DNA of 64,000 bases, from the IMG/VR virus record IMGVR_UViG_3300025869_002060, positions 62,001 through 126,000 of that record, one strand, 5' to 3'. The position numbers and the translations under genes are program-made. The notes beneath the pieces were generated by a model. That model saw nothing but the letters and a program-made list of their open reading frames with translations, did no database searches and was not told the origin of the DNA. Positions 10,377 to 20,334 of this stretch are shown here, piece by piece. Within the stretch, counting starts at the first letter, position 1, and each line of letters begins with the position of its first letter.

Positions 10377-10380
10377 TATA

Positions 10381-10442
10381 TGTAGGTGCCGATTAGCGGG
10401 CCTACTTACATTAATCTTGCTTAATAAAGGAGATAGCAAATG
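10381..10442 (+). ncRNA. ROSE-like RNA thermometer in the hsp20 5' UTR
   Basis: GTAGG...CCTAC hairpin, then ATCTTGCT (10414-10421) pairing with the SD AGGAGAT (10428-10434) with a bulged G, the U(U/C)GCU hallmark of ROSE elements. Confidence 0.75.
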
Positions 10443-10868
10443 AATAGATTAACAACTCTCGACCTCAATAAACTCACCCCACATGCACTAGGTTTTGATA
10501 GCCTATTTGATGGACTGCTACGTCAAGTAGAACATGCTCCACAACAGGGGTTCCCACCTTATAACATTCGTCAAGATGAAAACAAGTTTCAAATTGAAAT
10601 GGCTCTCGCTGGTGTAGAACTAGATGATCTTGATATTGAAACTGCTGAAGGAGTATTGACTATAGTTCATGATCCTAAATCAGATTCTGACGAAGAAACA
10701 ATGTTGCATAGAGGTATTGCAATTCGTAAATTTAAACGAAGTTTTACCCTTGCTGATGATGTACTAGTTAAAGGTGCCCGTATGAAGAACGGTATGTTGT
10801 TCATTGAACTAGAGAAGATCATTCCTGAAGAAAAGATGCCCAAAAAGATTGCAATTTCTTCAAGCTAG
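10440..10868 (+). CDS. Small heat-shock protein Hsp20 (IbpA-like)
   Basis: LGFD.LF, FPPYNI, IEMALAG, LHRGIA.RKF.RSFTL, NGML.IEL, PKKIAI. Confidence 0.95.
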   Translation: MNRLTTLDLNKLTPHALGFDSLFDGLLRQVEHAPQQGFPPYNIRQDENKFQIEMALAGVELDDLDIETAEGVLTIVHDPKSDSDEETMLHRGIAIRKFKRSFTLADDVLVKGARMKNGMLFIELEKIIPEEKMPKKIAISSS

Positions 10869-10890
10869 TCGTATACTCAGTTAGATAAAA

Positions 10891-10932
10891 AGGTGCATAG
10901 GATCAGTTTATAATAATTGGTCCTATGCACTT
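10891..10932 (+). terminator. Long hairpin after hsp20, probable terminator
   Basis: AGGTGCATAGGATCAGTT / AATTGGTCCTATGCACTT inverted repeat; weak U tail. Confidence 0.6.
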
Positions 10933-10976
10933 AATTTAAGTAAATAGTATTATTAACATTTAAGGGTTATTAACTG

Positions 10977-11294
10977 ATGACAGACGCACTACCAGAACAA
11001 GAAGTTAAGAAGAAAACTAAAGCAAAAGAAAATCTTAGAGAGCCGGTGCGTTTTCGTGTAATTTACATCAACGATGAAGTTACCACAACTGAATTTGTTG
11101 TTGAAACATTGAAGACTATTTTTGATTATGATGAGCAACCAGCCGTTGCACTTACTCACAAAATACATCAAGATGGTCTTGCAACAGTAGCAGTATTACC
11201 TTTTGAAATGGCTGAACAAAAAGGTGTTGAAGTTACAATACTAGCACGAAATCACGGTTTCCCTTTACAAATAAAGATTGAACCAGATCAATGA
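10977..11294 (+). CDS. clpS: N-end rule adaptor ClpS
   Basis: FRVIYINDEVTTTEFVVETL, KIHQDGLATV, EMAEQK, ARNHGFPLQIKIE. Confidence 0.92.
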   Translation: MTDALPEQEVKKKTKAKENLREPVRFRVIYINDEVTTTEFVVETLKTIFDYDEQPAVALTHKIHQDGLATVAVLPFEMAEQKGVEVTILARNHGFPLQIKIEPDQ

Positions 11295-11770
11295 TATTTG
11301 CAAAAGCAAAAGAATTAAGAGATGAAGGCAAAACAGTAGGTATTACATTTAGTCAGTTTGACTTGTTACATGCAGGACATGTAGCAATGTTAAGTGAAGC
11401 TAAAAATCATTGTGATTATCTAATTGCTGGATTACAAAACGATGCCAGTGCAGTTGGACGCCCTGGTAAAAATACACCTATTCAAAGTATAGTTGAACGA
11501 CAAATTATGTTAAGCAGTCAACGTTGGGTTGATGAAATTGTTGTTTATAACACTGAGTCAGACATCGACGATATCTTACTTACACTTCCAATTGATGTAA
11601 GAATTATTGGTGTTGAATATAAATCCAAGGGGTTTACTGGTGATCAAATCTGTAAAGATAGAAATATTAAAATAGTATACAACACACGAGATCATAGTTT
11701 CAGTAGTTCCGGGTTACGACAACGTGTAACATTAATGGAAGAACAAAACAACCGTGAAATTATATCATGA
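11291..11770 (+). CDS. Cytidylyltransferase (TagD/RfaE-like, HIGH family)
   Basis: FDLLHAGH, CDYLIAGLQ, ERQ, VDEI, RDHSFSSSGLR. Confidence 0.9.
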   Translation: MIFAKAKELRDEGKTVGITFSQFDLLHAGHVAMLSEAKNHCDYLIAGLQNDASAVGRPGKNTPIQSIVERQIMLSSQRWVDEIVVYNTESDIDDILLTLPIDVRIIGVEYKSKGFTGDQICKDRNIKIVYNTRDHSFSSSGLRQRVTLMEEQNNREIIS

Positions 11771-12665
11771 TGAGAATGTTCCTGATGATGCATCTGATGA
11801 ACATAGAGAAGTATATCTAAAATTACCTGGAAATGAAGACTTTGAAACCATGCTTGATAAGTGTGGTGGCAAGTTAATAAATGACCATATCTTGCACTTT
11901 CCGGTTAATGGTACTAAAACTGTTATACTCATAGCTGGTGGTCGCGGAGCATTAGAAATTCGCAAAGACTGGGATTTCCCAGCAGGACACCTAGTTCCAA
12001 GTAGTTTGGTTCCACATTTCCAAGAACAAGGATACAATGTAACACTGGTACACAGTGGCGATTATCCATTGCCTTGGCTTATTAATGTATTATTTTCTAA
12101 GATTCCTGGATTAGTGTTAAATGATAGATTTCAATTACCAAAAGTTTGGATGGAAAAAAATGCAACTTTCAATCTTAAACGTGCATTACATGCAGTACAT
12201 GTAATTAGTAAAGAACTTAAACGTGCCGTTGATATGAGCGATGTTCCAGTCTGGTTAATGGGACAATGTAGTAGTAATTATATTATGTCAAGATACTATC
12301 ATCATTTCCAAGATACATCTCCAATCGAAGGACTTATATTTTCTGCTGTGAATAGCCCTCCTACTCAACTAGGAAAATATGCTAAAAACTATTATGATCG
12401 TTGTAATTTTTTCAGACGGGATCAGCGGGTTACAGTACCTTTACATATTATACATCATGAACTAGATATATCAGATTACACTGATATTCCAACATGTCAG
12501 CTTATACTTGATCAATTTGAATTTGTTCAAAGCAGTTTAAATATTGTAAGTGGAGGGTACAACGAAGGTCACCCTAAAATGAACTTTGGACATCATGGAT
12601 TTAGAGGAATTGAAAAAGAAATTGCCCATTTGTCAATCAAACTAATGAATTCAATTGACAACTAA
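11754..12665 (+). CDS. Alpha/beta-hydrolase-fold protein with an atypical nucleophile elbow
   Basis: VILIAGGRG, PVWLMGQCSS (GxSxG position), VPLHIIHH, GHHGFRGIE. Confidence 0.55.
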   Translation: MKLYHDENVPDDASDEHREVYLKLPGNEDFETMLDKCGGKLINDHILHFPVNGTKTVILIAGGRGALEIRKDWDFPAGHLVPSSLVPHFQEQGYNVTLVHSGDYPLPWLINVLFSKIPGLVLNDRFQLPKVWMEKNATFNLKRALHAVHVISKELKRAVDMSDVPVWLMGQCSSNYIMSRYYHHFQDTSPIEGLIFSAVNSPPTQLGKYAKNYYDRCNFFRRDQRVTVPLHIIHHELDISDYTDIPTCQLILDQFEFVQSSLNIVSGGYNEGHPKMNFGHHGFRGIEKEIAHLSIKLMNSIDN

Positions 12666-12710
12666 CTATAATGTGTTATAATAAAGACTGTAATTAGATA
12701 GGAAGAATTT

Positions 12711-13241
12711 ATGGACTTAATGTTGGATATTGAAACACTAGGCACTAGACCCAAGTGTGTTGTATTAACTATTGGCGTTGTGAAGTTTGATCCTCGCAAA
12801 CCCGGAACTAAACAAACATTATATTTAAAACCAAATATTGATGAACAATCAAATTTAGGTAGAGAAATACAAGAAGATACTGTAGCATGGTGGGAACAAC
12901 AAGCCGACGATGTTAAAGAAGAAGCACTTAGCAATGACAATCGAATCTCAGTAACTGAAACATTAAAAGAACTTAACAAGTTTTTTGTCGGTGCTAACAA
13001 TATGTGGGCTCAAGGTCCTGCATTTGATTTTGTTATTATGGAAGATCTTTACAGAGATTTTAATATGCCTACTCCTTGGAATTTTTGGCAGATTAGAGAT
13101 AGTCGTACACTATTTGGTGTACACGGCGACCCAAGGCAAAAAGGTAAAGCAGGACTACACAATGCACTAGAAGATGCAATTAGCCAAGCTGAAGCAGTAC
13201 AGACAGTATTCAAACGAATAGGATTTAGTCATGCGTATTGA
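12711..13241 (+). CDS. DEDDh 3'-5' exo(ribo)nuclease
   Basis: MLDIETL, WAQGPAFDF, RDSRT, HNALEDA; sigma70-like TTGACA...TATAAT upstream (~12655-12682). Confidence 0.9.
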   Translation: MDLMLDIETLGTRPKCVVLTIGVVKFDPRKPGTKQTLYLKPNIDEQSNLGREIQEDTVAWWEQQADDVKEEALSNDNRISVTETLKELNKFFVGANNMWAQGPAFDFVIMEDLYRDFNMPTPWNFWQIRDSRTLFGVHGDPRQKGKAGLHNALEDAISQAEAVQTVFKRIGFSHAY

Positions 13242-14376
13242 AAGTGATGTCAAGTTAGATTATAACAATGTACTGATTAGACCTAAACGTTCAACTCTAG
13301 GTAGTCGTAAAGAAGTTGACTTATCACGAAAATTTAAATTCCGCAACTATGGCGGAGGATTTGATCTTGGTCAATATGATTATGAAGGCGTGCCAATTAT
13401 GGCGGCTAACATGGATGGTGTTGGTACGTTTGAAATGGCTGAAACATTGGCAAAAAAGAAAATGTTTACTTGTCTTGCAAAATCATATACCGGTGATGAT
13501 ATAATCAATTGGCTTAACACATCAACAAATAATATTGCTGATATATCAGACTACTTTGCATATAGCATGGGCATTGTTGAACAGGATCTTGACAAGTTTG
13601 ACTATGTTTATAGCTCTTATCCTGAAATGATTAAATACGTTTGTGTTGATGTAGCCAATGGTTATAGTGAACGATTTGTAGACTTTATTAGAAATCTACG
13701 TAAAGAGTATCCAAACATTGTTATTATTGCAGGTAATGTAGTGACAGCAGATCAGACTCAGGAGTTGCTTCTAAATGGAGCCGACATTATTAAGGTGGGC
13801 ATTGGTCCTGGTAGTGTTTGCACTACTCGTATACAGACTGGTGTGGGATATCCCCAACTTTCCGCTGTCATTGAATGTGCTGATGCGGCTCACGGTCTTG
13901 GTGGCCTTATTATCGCTGATGGTGGATGTACTTGTCCTGGAGATGTGGCAAAGGCTTTTGCAGGCGGCGCTGACTTTGTAATGCTCGGGGGTATGTTGTC
14001 TGGACATGTTGAAGGTGGCGGCGAGGTAATTACTAAGATTTACGAAACTAACGAAGTAACTAAAACTGATGACGGATTCTTTGAATTAGTTTATGAAGAA
14101 AAACAGTTTGTACAGTTCTACGGTATGAGTAGCAAAGCCGCAAACGAAAAACACTTTGGCGGGCTTAAAGAATATCGAAGTAGCGAAGGTCGTGAAGTAC
14201 TGGTTCCTTTTAAAGGAGAAGTAGGAAATACAGTACAAGATTTGTTGGGTGGTATCCGAAGTACTTGTACATATGTTGGAGCAAACAATCTTAAACAACT
14301 AAGTAAGTGTACAACTTTTATAATTGCACAAAGTCAATATAACTCTGTGTACGAACATATGGATACATCAAAATGA
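13231..14376 (+). CDS. guaC: GMP reductase
   Basis: [67 protein letters not shown]. Confidence 0.96.
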   Translation: MRIESDVKLDYNNVLIRPKRSTLGSRKEVDLSRKFKFRNYGGGFDLGQYDYEGVPIMAANMDGVGTFEMAETLAKKKMFTCLAKSYTGDDIINWLNTSTNNIADISDYFAYSMGIVEQDLDKFDYVYSSYPEMIKYVCVDVANGYSERFVDFIRNLRKEYPNIVIIAGNVVTADQTQELLLNGADIIKVGIGPGSVCTTRIQTGVGYPQLSAVIECADAAHGLGGLIIADGGCTCPGDVAKAFAGGADFVMLGGMLSGHVEGGGEVITKIYETNEVTKTDDGFFELVYEEKQFVQFYGMSSKAANEKHFGGLKEYRSSEGREVLVPFKGEVGNTVQDLLGGIRSTCTYVGANNLKQLSKCTTFIIAQSQYNSVYEHMDTSK

Positions 14377-14684
14377 ATATAATTATTGGTAAGGAAATAG
14401 CTGAAGAGCTAGGAAAAAAGTATACAGTATTGCCTCTTGAACAACTAGAACGAGAAGGACAAATCATTGATGCTTTTTGTGTTATTCCTGCTGATAAGAT
14501 TAACCTTGGCGAAATGGTTGCACTTGATGCTAACGTTAGAATGCACCATGCTTTCAATGAAGCATATGCCAACGAAGACTGGGATAAAATGAAAGAAATT
14601 GCCGAACACCTAATAGGTAAGTTTGGTGGTGAATGTGATACATTTTATGAAGAATTGCTTAATAGACAGCCCACTGAAGCATAA
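14373..14684 (+). CDS. Hypothetical protein with weak resemblance to the C-terminal region of class III nucleotidyl cyclases
   Basis: IIIGKEIAEEL..KYTVLPLE ... AY..EDWD ... FGGE.DTFY. Confidence 0.55.
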   Translation: MNIIIGKEIAEELGKKYTVLPLEQLEREGQIIDAFCVIPADKINLGEMVALDANVRMHHAFNEAYANEDWDKMKEIAEHLIGKFGGECDTFYEELLNRQPTEA

Positions 14685-14756
14685 ATTAATAAATACCATT
14701 GTAAAAATCAATAACAGATTACTTAATGATCATAAGTAGTCAGAAGGAAATCAGTG

Positions 14757-14957
14757 ATGGCTAGTAAAAATAAAAATGATAAAGTTTGGATGATCCCCGA
14801 AGATGAAGACCGCAAACATGCAAGTTTTCATTTTGTTCACCCAAAGAGTTTATCTGCTACACGTGAAGGTAAAAAACTAAGAATGAGAAAGTATCACCCA
14901 GTTAAGCAAAAGCACGTTTGGTTTATTGAATCTAAAATGCCACCACATAGTAAATGA
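14757..14957 (+). CDS. rpmG: Ribosomal protein bL33-like (Cys-free form)
   Basis: KLRMRKYHPVKQKHVWFIESK matches bL33 KLELKKYDPVVRKHV.FKE.K; AAGGA SD; N-terminal half divergent. Confidence 0.7.
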   Translation: MASKNKNDKVWMIPEDEDRKHASFHFVHPKSLSATREGKKLRMRKYHPVKQKHVWFIESKMPPHSK

Positions 14958-14966
14958 GGCTAAACA

Positions 14967-15242
14967 ATGGCTAAGAAAAAACAAAGAGCAAGTCAAACTT
15001 CCAAGGGTGAAATTGGAGTTAACAAATCACTTCGTAAAGCATACAGAAGAGAGTATAAAGGAACATTGGCGCAGGCTATTAACCAACATACAGCATGGAA
15101 AAAGTTTAAAAATGTTGTTCTAACTGTTCCAAATCCTAATAAGAACGAAACGGCTAAACCTTTTATTAGAGTAAATGCACGTGATTATTGGGGAAGTCCA
15201 AAACGTACCAGTGGTGTTTTGTCTAAATCAACCACACCATAA
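14967..15242 (+). CDS. Basic hypothetical protein
   Basis: K/R-rich 91 aa, GAGG SD, VVLTVPNPNK.ET.KPFIRV motif. Confidence 0.7.
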   Translation: MAKKKQRASQTSKGEIGVNKSLRKAYRREYKGTLAQAINQHTAWKKFKNVVLTVPNPNKNETAKPFIRVNARDYWGSPKRTSGVLSKSTTP

Positions 15243-15830
15243 TTTTACTGTATCGTTAACAATTTCAGTAGTTTTATAGTCGACCAATGATTCATAATGA
15301 TTTGAATTGATATAACGATATTGTATATCTTTGCGACAAGTCATTGATAGATTAGAGACTACGCCATCATTCTGGAAAGGACTTACCCACGGAGTTCTTC
15401 CTTTTGTTGGAACCAATTGTATCCATGGAATATTAAATTTAACCTGTTGCATTCCAAGTACAGGATACGCAGTTGGGCTAACATCTTGTAGCAGTTGCCA
15501 AAATGGAAATATCCAACGTGTAACTAAAGCACTACCAAGTCCAAGATATGGTGTTGCGATAGTAATTCCAGTTTTAATCTTATTAGAAAATTTTTTGTAT
15601 AGATGGGTGGCATAAATCCCACCCATGCTATGCCCAATGAGTATACAATCACCTTCTAGGTCATTGAGACGATTGCACATAATAGGAAAATTATATGCGA
15701 AACCTTTTTTATGATCGTAACTAAGATAACAAAAGTTAACACCTTTAATATCAAGTTTTTTTAATTCTCTAACTATTAGTGCAAAGCTCTTGTTACTAGC
15801 ATTCGCACCATGAATAAGGATTATGTTCAT
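15228..15830 (-). CDS. Alpha/beta hydrolase (esterase/lipase)
   Basis: LIHGA, GHSMGG nucleophile elbow, TIATPY.G, NDGVV, NH. Confidence 0.88.
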   Translation of the reverse strand: MNIILIHGANASNKSFALIVRELKKLDIKGVNFCYLSYDHKKGFAYNFPIMCNRLNDLEGDCILIGHSMGGIYATHLYKKFSNKIKTGITIATPYLGLGSALVTRWIFPFWQLLQDVSPTAYPVLGMQQVKFNIPWIQLVPTKGRTPWVSPFQNDGVVSNLSMTCRKDIQYRYINSNHYESLVDYKTTEIVNDTVKLWCG

Positions 15831-15837
15831 CCTCTAT

Positions 15838-16311
15838 TTAGTTAGCTTCCTTATACCTATTATTACTTTCGGGCGGTGGGGGTCTTTGATAGTCAATTTT
15901 TTGACCAATTCCATCTCCATATGGAGTCATAGTAGGGCCGCCTGCTGTGATGCAATATACACCCGGTGCAAGGTTCTCAATGAATGTCCAACTGGTAGTT
16001 TTAGGATTCAGCATTAACACACCTGGTGCGGGATTGCCTGGCATTTCGATTGGTCCACTAGCACGAGCCGCTAGAAACTTTCCAAACACAATTTCTTGTG
16101 AAGGTTTAAGTAGTGCTTCGATTTGTGGAGCAGATCCGCATAGAGCTTTAACTTTGATTACAAATGGTTGGTCTTCAGCAACCAGACCTGGTAAAGCTGG
16201 TGCTAAATTTTCTTGGGGGAAGCCAGGTAAAAACTTTCCTGGCTTCTGCTCTGCATAAACAGGCGAAGCAAAGATAAGTGTCATAGCTAATGCCAAAAAC
16301 AACTTCTTCAT
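15838..16311 (-). CDS. Secreted hypothetical protein
   Basis: Sec signal MKKLFLALAMTLIFASPVYA; AGGAGG SD; TAAATA upstream on the minus strand (~16344-16349). Confidence 0.75.
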   Translation of the reverse strand: MKKLFLALAMTLIFASPVYAEQKPGKFLPGFPQENLAPALPGLVAEDQPFVIKVKALCGSAPQIEALLKPSQEIVFGKFLAARASGPIEMPGNPAPGVLMLNPKTTSWTFIENLAPGVYCITAGGPTMTPYGDGIGQKIDYQRPPPPESNNRYKEAN

Positions 16312-16349
16312 TGTTGTAACCTCCTATATAAATGTTACAGTACTATTTA

Positions 16350-17564
16350 TTAATATTTTAGTACTTTGTTTAAATGTGCGATATCAGTATTTTGAACAAA
16401 GTCCCAGCCACCCGAATCAACAAAACCTTTCTTTAAGTTAGTAGTTAATTCATTTATCACCGTGTTTTTTAGTTTATAATAAAATATATTGGCATTATGT
16501 TCTAGTATAGGAGTCATTTCTTTGCGTAAATTACATTGTTGTTCATATGATAATTCACTTAAATTCTGAAGTATTTTATAAACAGCATCAATCCTTTCAG
16601 CATTGTCTATTATATCATCATAACTTTCGTCCCAAAATTCACTAAATGTTTTAAATCCATATTCTCTAAGGTATGCTAAATTTCCTTTAGCACCAAGCAA
16701 TAGAAAAGGTTGCATTGCAACAATAGGTTTGAATATCTTTTCTGTTAAATGCAATTTACCATTATAAAAACAAGTTTCACTTACTACATGTACCAATGCA
16801 CGTTGACAGTTTGCTATATCAATCCACGTACTCATACTACCATTGGGTTCATTGCTGTCAATAGAACTGCTTTCGGTTAGTAAATTAATATTATCAATAA
16901 CATGTTGATTTGTATCTTTATTAACGCGACCCATATTTACAGAATCCCGAATAACTTCTTTAATGTTATTGCCCGGGTTATAACTTACTAATCCTTGATC
17001 AATAAGTCCGCTCTCTTTTAGTCTTAATTGGAATTGTATACGATGCCATCTGTAAGGATTAATAACATTTTGATAACAGATAAAAAGTTTATCATGCGAA
17101 GTTGGAACAGAGATATTTTCTTTCCAGTATTCTCTATAATTGTCGCAACTGGCATAGCCATGATAGAACCAATATATAATTGGTGTTTGGTAAGTGTTTT
17201 CTTGTCCACTAGTAAAGTAGGATACCCGATCTCGAAGTACTTTTAATTCTTCACTTCTTTCGCTAACAAATATAACTTGTTGAAAGTTATGTTGTGGTAA
17301 ACGTTTTTCCCACAAACTTGAATCTACATCATACATCATTTCTTGTGACGACTTATACAGCCATGGTAAAATATTAGGGTATATAGGTTCTTGATCTATA
17401 AAACAAGCACACCCACGAGGCAAAGCATTTTTTTTGATGGGGTTAACATTTTTAATTAAATAGTACGGAGGCTTATTTGTAAAGTCCGTTGCCGCAAATG
17501 TATCAATTTTATATTTTTCAAAAAATTCTTTATATATTTTTTGGTAAACAAATTGAATATCCAT
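16350..17564 (-). CDS. Putative glycosyltransferase-like protein (TEK motif family)
   Basis: VVSET...HLTEKIFKPI...PFL..G..GNL.YLR.YGFKTF..FWDESYD; resembles the GT10-type xTEK motif. Confidence 0.55.
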   Translation of the reverse strand: MDIQFVYQKIYKEFFEKYKIDTFAATDFTNKPPYYLIKNVNPIKKNALPRGCACFIDQEPIYPNILPWLYKSSQEMMYDVDSSLWEKRLPQHNFQQVIFVSERSEELKVLRDRVSYFTSGQENTYQTPIIYWFYHGYASCDNYREYWKENISVPTSHDKLFICYQNVINPYRWHRIQFQLRLKESGLIDQGLVSYNPGNNIKEVIRDSVNMGRVNKDTNQHVIDNINLLTESSSIDSNEPNGSMSTWIDIANCQRALVHVVSETCFYNGKLHLTEKIFKPIVAMQPFLLLGAKGNLAYLREYGFKTFSEFWDESYDDIIDNAERIDAVYKILQNLSELSYEQQCNLRKEMTPILEHNANIFYYKLKNTVINELTTNLKKGFVDSGGWDFVQNTDIAHLNKVLKY

Positions 17565-17588
17565 TTTAAAATTACTCCAGGAGTTAGT

Positions 17589-18842
17589 ATGACATATAAA
17601 GTAGGTTTCGTTGGTTTAGGAAAATTAGGAATGCCATGTGCTGAATCAATGCAACAAATATATAACGTGACCGGCTATGATATTTACCCTAAGGAAAGTG
17701 GTGTTATAGATATTGTAGATTCGATCAAAGAAACCGTTACTGGGAAAGATTTAATTTTTGTTGCTGTACAAACTCCACACGAAAAAGAATACGACGGATC
17801 ACAACCAACTGCTCATTTAGAAAACAAAGACTTTGATTATAGTTTGGTCAAAGAAGTATTGACAGAAATTAATCAATATACAAACAAAGATACATTAATT
17901 GTTTTGATATCAACTGTACTTCCTGGAACAGTCAGACGTGAATTTGCTCCTATTGTTACAAATGCACGTTTTATATATAACCCATATTTAATAGCAATGG
18001 GCAGTGTAGCATGGGATATGGTAAACCCTGAGATGTTAATTATTGGAACAGAAAACGGAGAAACTGATAACGATGCTAATATACTACAAGAGTTTTATAT
18101 GCCGTTAATGGAAAACAATCCAAGAACTGTAATAGGCACTTGGGAAGAAGCAGAAAGTATTAAGATTTTTTACAATACATTTATTAGTGCTAAACTAAGT
18201 CTTGTTAATATGATACAAGATGTAAGTATGAAACTTGGTAATATGAATGTTGATGTAGTTACTGATGCTCTTGCGGCAAGTACCAAAAGAATAGTAAGTC
18301 CAAAATATATGACTGCTGGGATGGGTGATGGCGGGCCATGTCATCCGCGTGACAATATTGCGTTACGCCATATGGCACAGGATTTAAATTTAGGCTACGA
18401 TTTATTTGATGCTATTATGCAGTCAAGAGAACTACAAGCACGTAACGTTGCATTGTATTTGCAGAAGTTACATAGAGAACATTATATGCCTGTTGTTATA
18501 CACGGAAAAGCATACAAACCAGATGTACCGTTCACTGATGGAAGTTACAGTTTATTAATTGGACATTACCTTGACGAACTAGATGTACATTATTACTATG
18601 CTGATCCATTGGTTGCTAGTAAAGATTTTGATGATTGGTACAAGGATGAAATTGGTGTACGTTGTATTTTGTTTCTTGCACATAACCGAATGGTCACGTA
18701 TGGTTATACAGGAACTAGACAAGAACAGAACTTGTATGTTACACTAAAAAGTAAGAGCATAGTTGTTGATCCGTGGAGAAACTTTGAAACCGATCGTAAC
18801 GACATTAAAGTAATACACTACGGAAACACAAGGAAAACATGA
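17589..18842 (+). CDS. UDP-glucose/GDP-mannose 6-dehydrogenase family protein
   Basis: VGFVGLGKLG, FVAVQTP, STVLPGT, YNP, AESIK..YN, GGPCHPRD, GKAYKP; GGAG SD. Confidence 0.92.
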   Translation: MTYKVGFVGLGKLGMPCAESMQQIYNVTGYDIYPKESGVIDIVDSIKETVTGKDLIFVAVQTPHEKEYDGSQPTAHLENKDFDYSLVKEVLTEINQYTNKDTLIVLISTVLPGTVRREFAPIVTNARFIYNPYLIAMGSVAWDMVNPEMLIIGTENGETDNDANILQEFYMPLMENNPRTVIGTWEEAESIKIFYNTFISAKLSLVNMIQDVSMKLGNMNVDVVTDALAASTKRIVSPKYMTAGMGDGGPCHPRDNIALRHMAQDLNLGYDLFDAIMQSRELQARNVALYLQKLHREHYMPVVIHGKAYKPDVPFTDGSYSLLIGHYLDELDVHYYYADPLVASKDFDDWYKDEIGVRCILFLAHNRMVTYGYTGTRQEQNLYVTLKSKSIVVDPWRNFETDRNDIKVIHYGNTRKT

Positions 18843-19363
18843 CAAACATAATTCACGGAAAACTAGAGTTTGATATAGACAATGAATTTTTAGAATTAGA
18901 TTATCAACGAGAAGATTTTAACAACCCCAAAGACTTAAACGAATGGAATGATAACCACTACGATTGGGTAACGCATTTTACTGGATTTTTATGTGATATG
19001 CGTAAGCCACAGCCAAGTTGGAACGAAAAAATAATTGAATATTTCGAATCTACATTTGGATGGCAAGATATTGGAACCAGTTATTATAGAATGGATAGCG
19101 GAGTTATTTTACCTACTCATCAAGATACCTATAAAAAATACGTTGATATTTTTAAACTACACGGAAAAGAAGATACAATCTATAGAGGCATAGTATTTTT
19201 ACAAGACTGGCAAAGTGGTCATTATGCCGAGTATGATAATAAGATTCTTAGCTCGTGGAAAGCAGGCAACTTCGTAGTATGGAACAACGATACTTCTCAT
19301 ATGGCCGCAAACATTGGTGTAACACCTCGTTATACTCTACAGGTAACCGGACATGTTGCATAG
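18839..19363 (+). CDS. 2OG-Fe(II) oxygenase / cupin-like protein
   Basis: LPTHQD (HxD) ... HMAANIG..PRYTLQVTG (distal His, Arg). Confidence 0.75.
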   Translation: MTNIIHGKLEFDIDNEFLELDYQREDFNNPKDLNEWNDNHYDWVTHFTGFLCDMRKPQPSWNEKIIEYFESTFGWQDIGTSYYRMDSGVILPTHQDTYKKYVDIFKLHGKEDTIYRGIVFLQDWQSGHYAEYDNKILSSWKAGNFVVWNNDTSHMAANIGVTPRYTLQVTGHVA

Positions 19364-20273
19364 TCATAATGAATGGGATCCACTTAGAGAAATAATAGTA
19401 GGCTCCGCAACTGGTGCTAATTGGCCTTCTGAAGATCCAGTCTTCAGTCAAGAGCATTTAAAAACTACATGGAAAGAAACTCCAGTCCCAAGTGGGCCAG
19501 TACCGTCCTGGGTAATTGACGAAGCAAACGAAGACCTACAAAGGTTAGCATCAGCATTGGTAAACCTTGGTGTTAAAGTTCATAGACCAAAAGATATGGA
19601 TTTTGTTGAACGCAAAGGCTTATACAATTACTGCCCACGTGATAGGCTTATTGTTGCTGGTGATAGTGTTATTGATACACCAATGCTTTATCCTTGTAGA
19701 GATATGGAAACAGAAGCACTTGATGAGGCGTTGACTCGTGCTAAACATGTGTACCGTATGCCACGTGATAAAGGTATTATACTAGATGCGGCCAATGTAC
19801 TCAGACTCAATGACAAATGGTTGTATTTAATAAGCGAGAGTGGCAACATCGAAGGGCTTGAATGGTTACGTAATAATATTCCAGATGTTGATATTGAACC
19901 CTGTAATTTTTATTCAGGAGTACATATTGATAGTACTATTACAATTATAAGAGAAGGTTTAGTTGTACTAAACGGAACAAGAGTCGATCATAATAATTGT
20001 CCTAGGGTATTTGATGGTTGGCTTAAAATTTATGTCAACGATGTTGTTCCACAGGACTTCTTTGAATACCCATATGCCAGTAAGTGGATAGCATTGAACA
20101 TGCTGGCGGTTGATGAACACACTGTTATCGTGGACAAGTGGCAGACCAAACTTATTAGAGATCTTGAAGCATTGAAGTTAACTGTAGTACCATTGGAGTT
20201 GCGTCATAGTCGCACACTAGGTGGCGGTTTTCATTGTGTAACATTAGATTTAATACGTAAAGTTAGTAGTTAA
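19353..20273 (+). CDS. Amidinotransferase (glycine/inosamine-phosphate amidinotransferase family)
   Basis: NEWDPLREIIVG, YCPRD, DAANVLR, HIDST, RTLGGGFHCVTLD (Asp-His-Cys triad). Confidence 0.92.
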   Translation: MLHSHNEWDPLREIIVGSATGANWPSEDPVFSQEHLKTTWKETPVPSGPVPSWVIDEANEDLQRLASALVNLGVKVHRPKDMDFVERKGLYNYCPRDRLIVAGDSVIDTPMLYPCRDMETEALDEALTRAKHVYRMPRDKGIILDAANVLRLNDKWLYLISESGNIEGLEWLRNNIPDVDIEPCNFYSGVHIDSTITIIREGLVVLNGTRVDHNNCPRVFDGWLKIYVNDVVPQDFFEYPYASKWIALNMLAVDEHTVIVDKWQTKLIRDLEALKLTVVPLELRHSRTLGGGFHCVTLDLIRKVSS

Positions 20274-20334
20274 TGTCTACTGTAATTTTTAGTAAATAAG
20301 TAAATGCAAAGGAACATGTCCGAAGGAATTGCAG

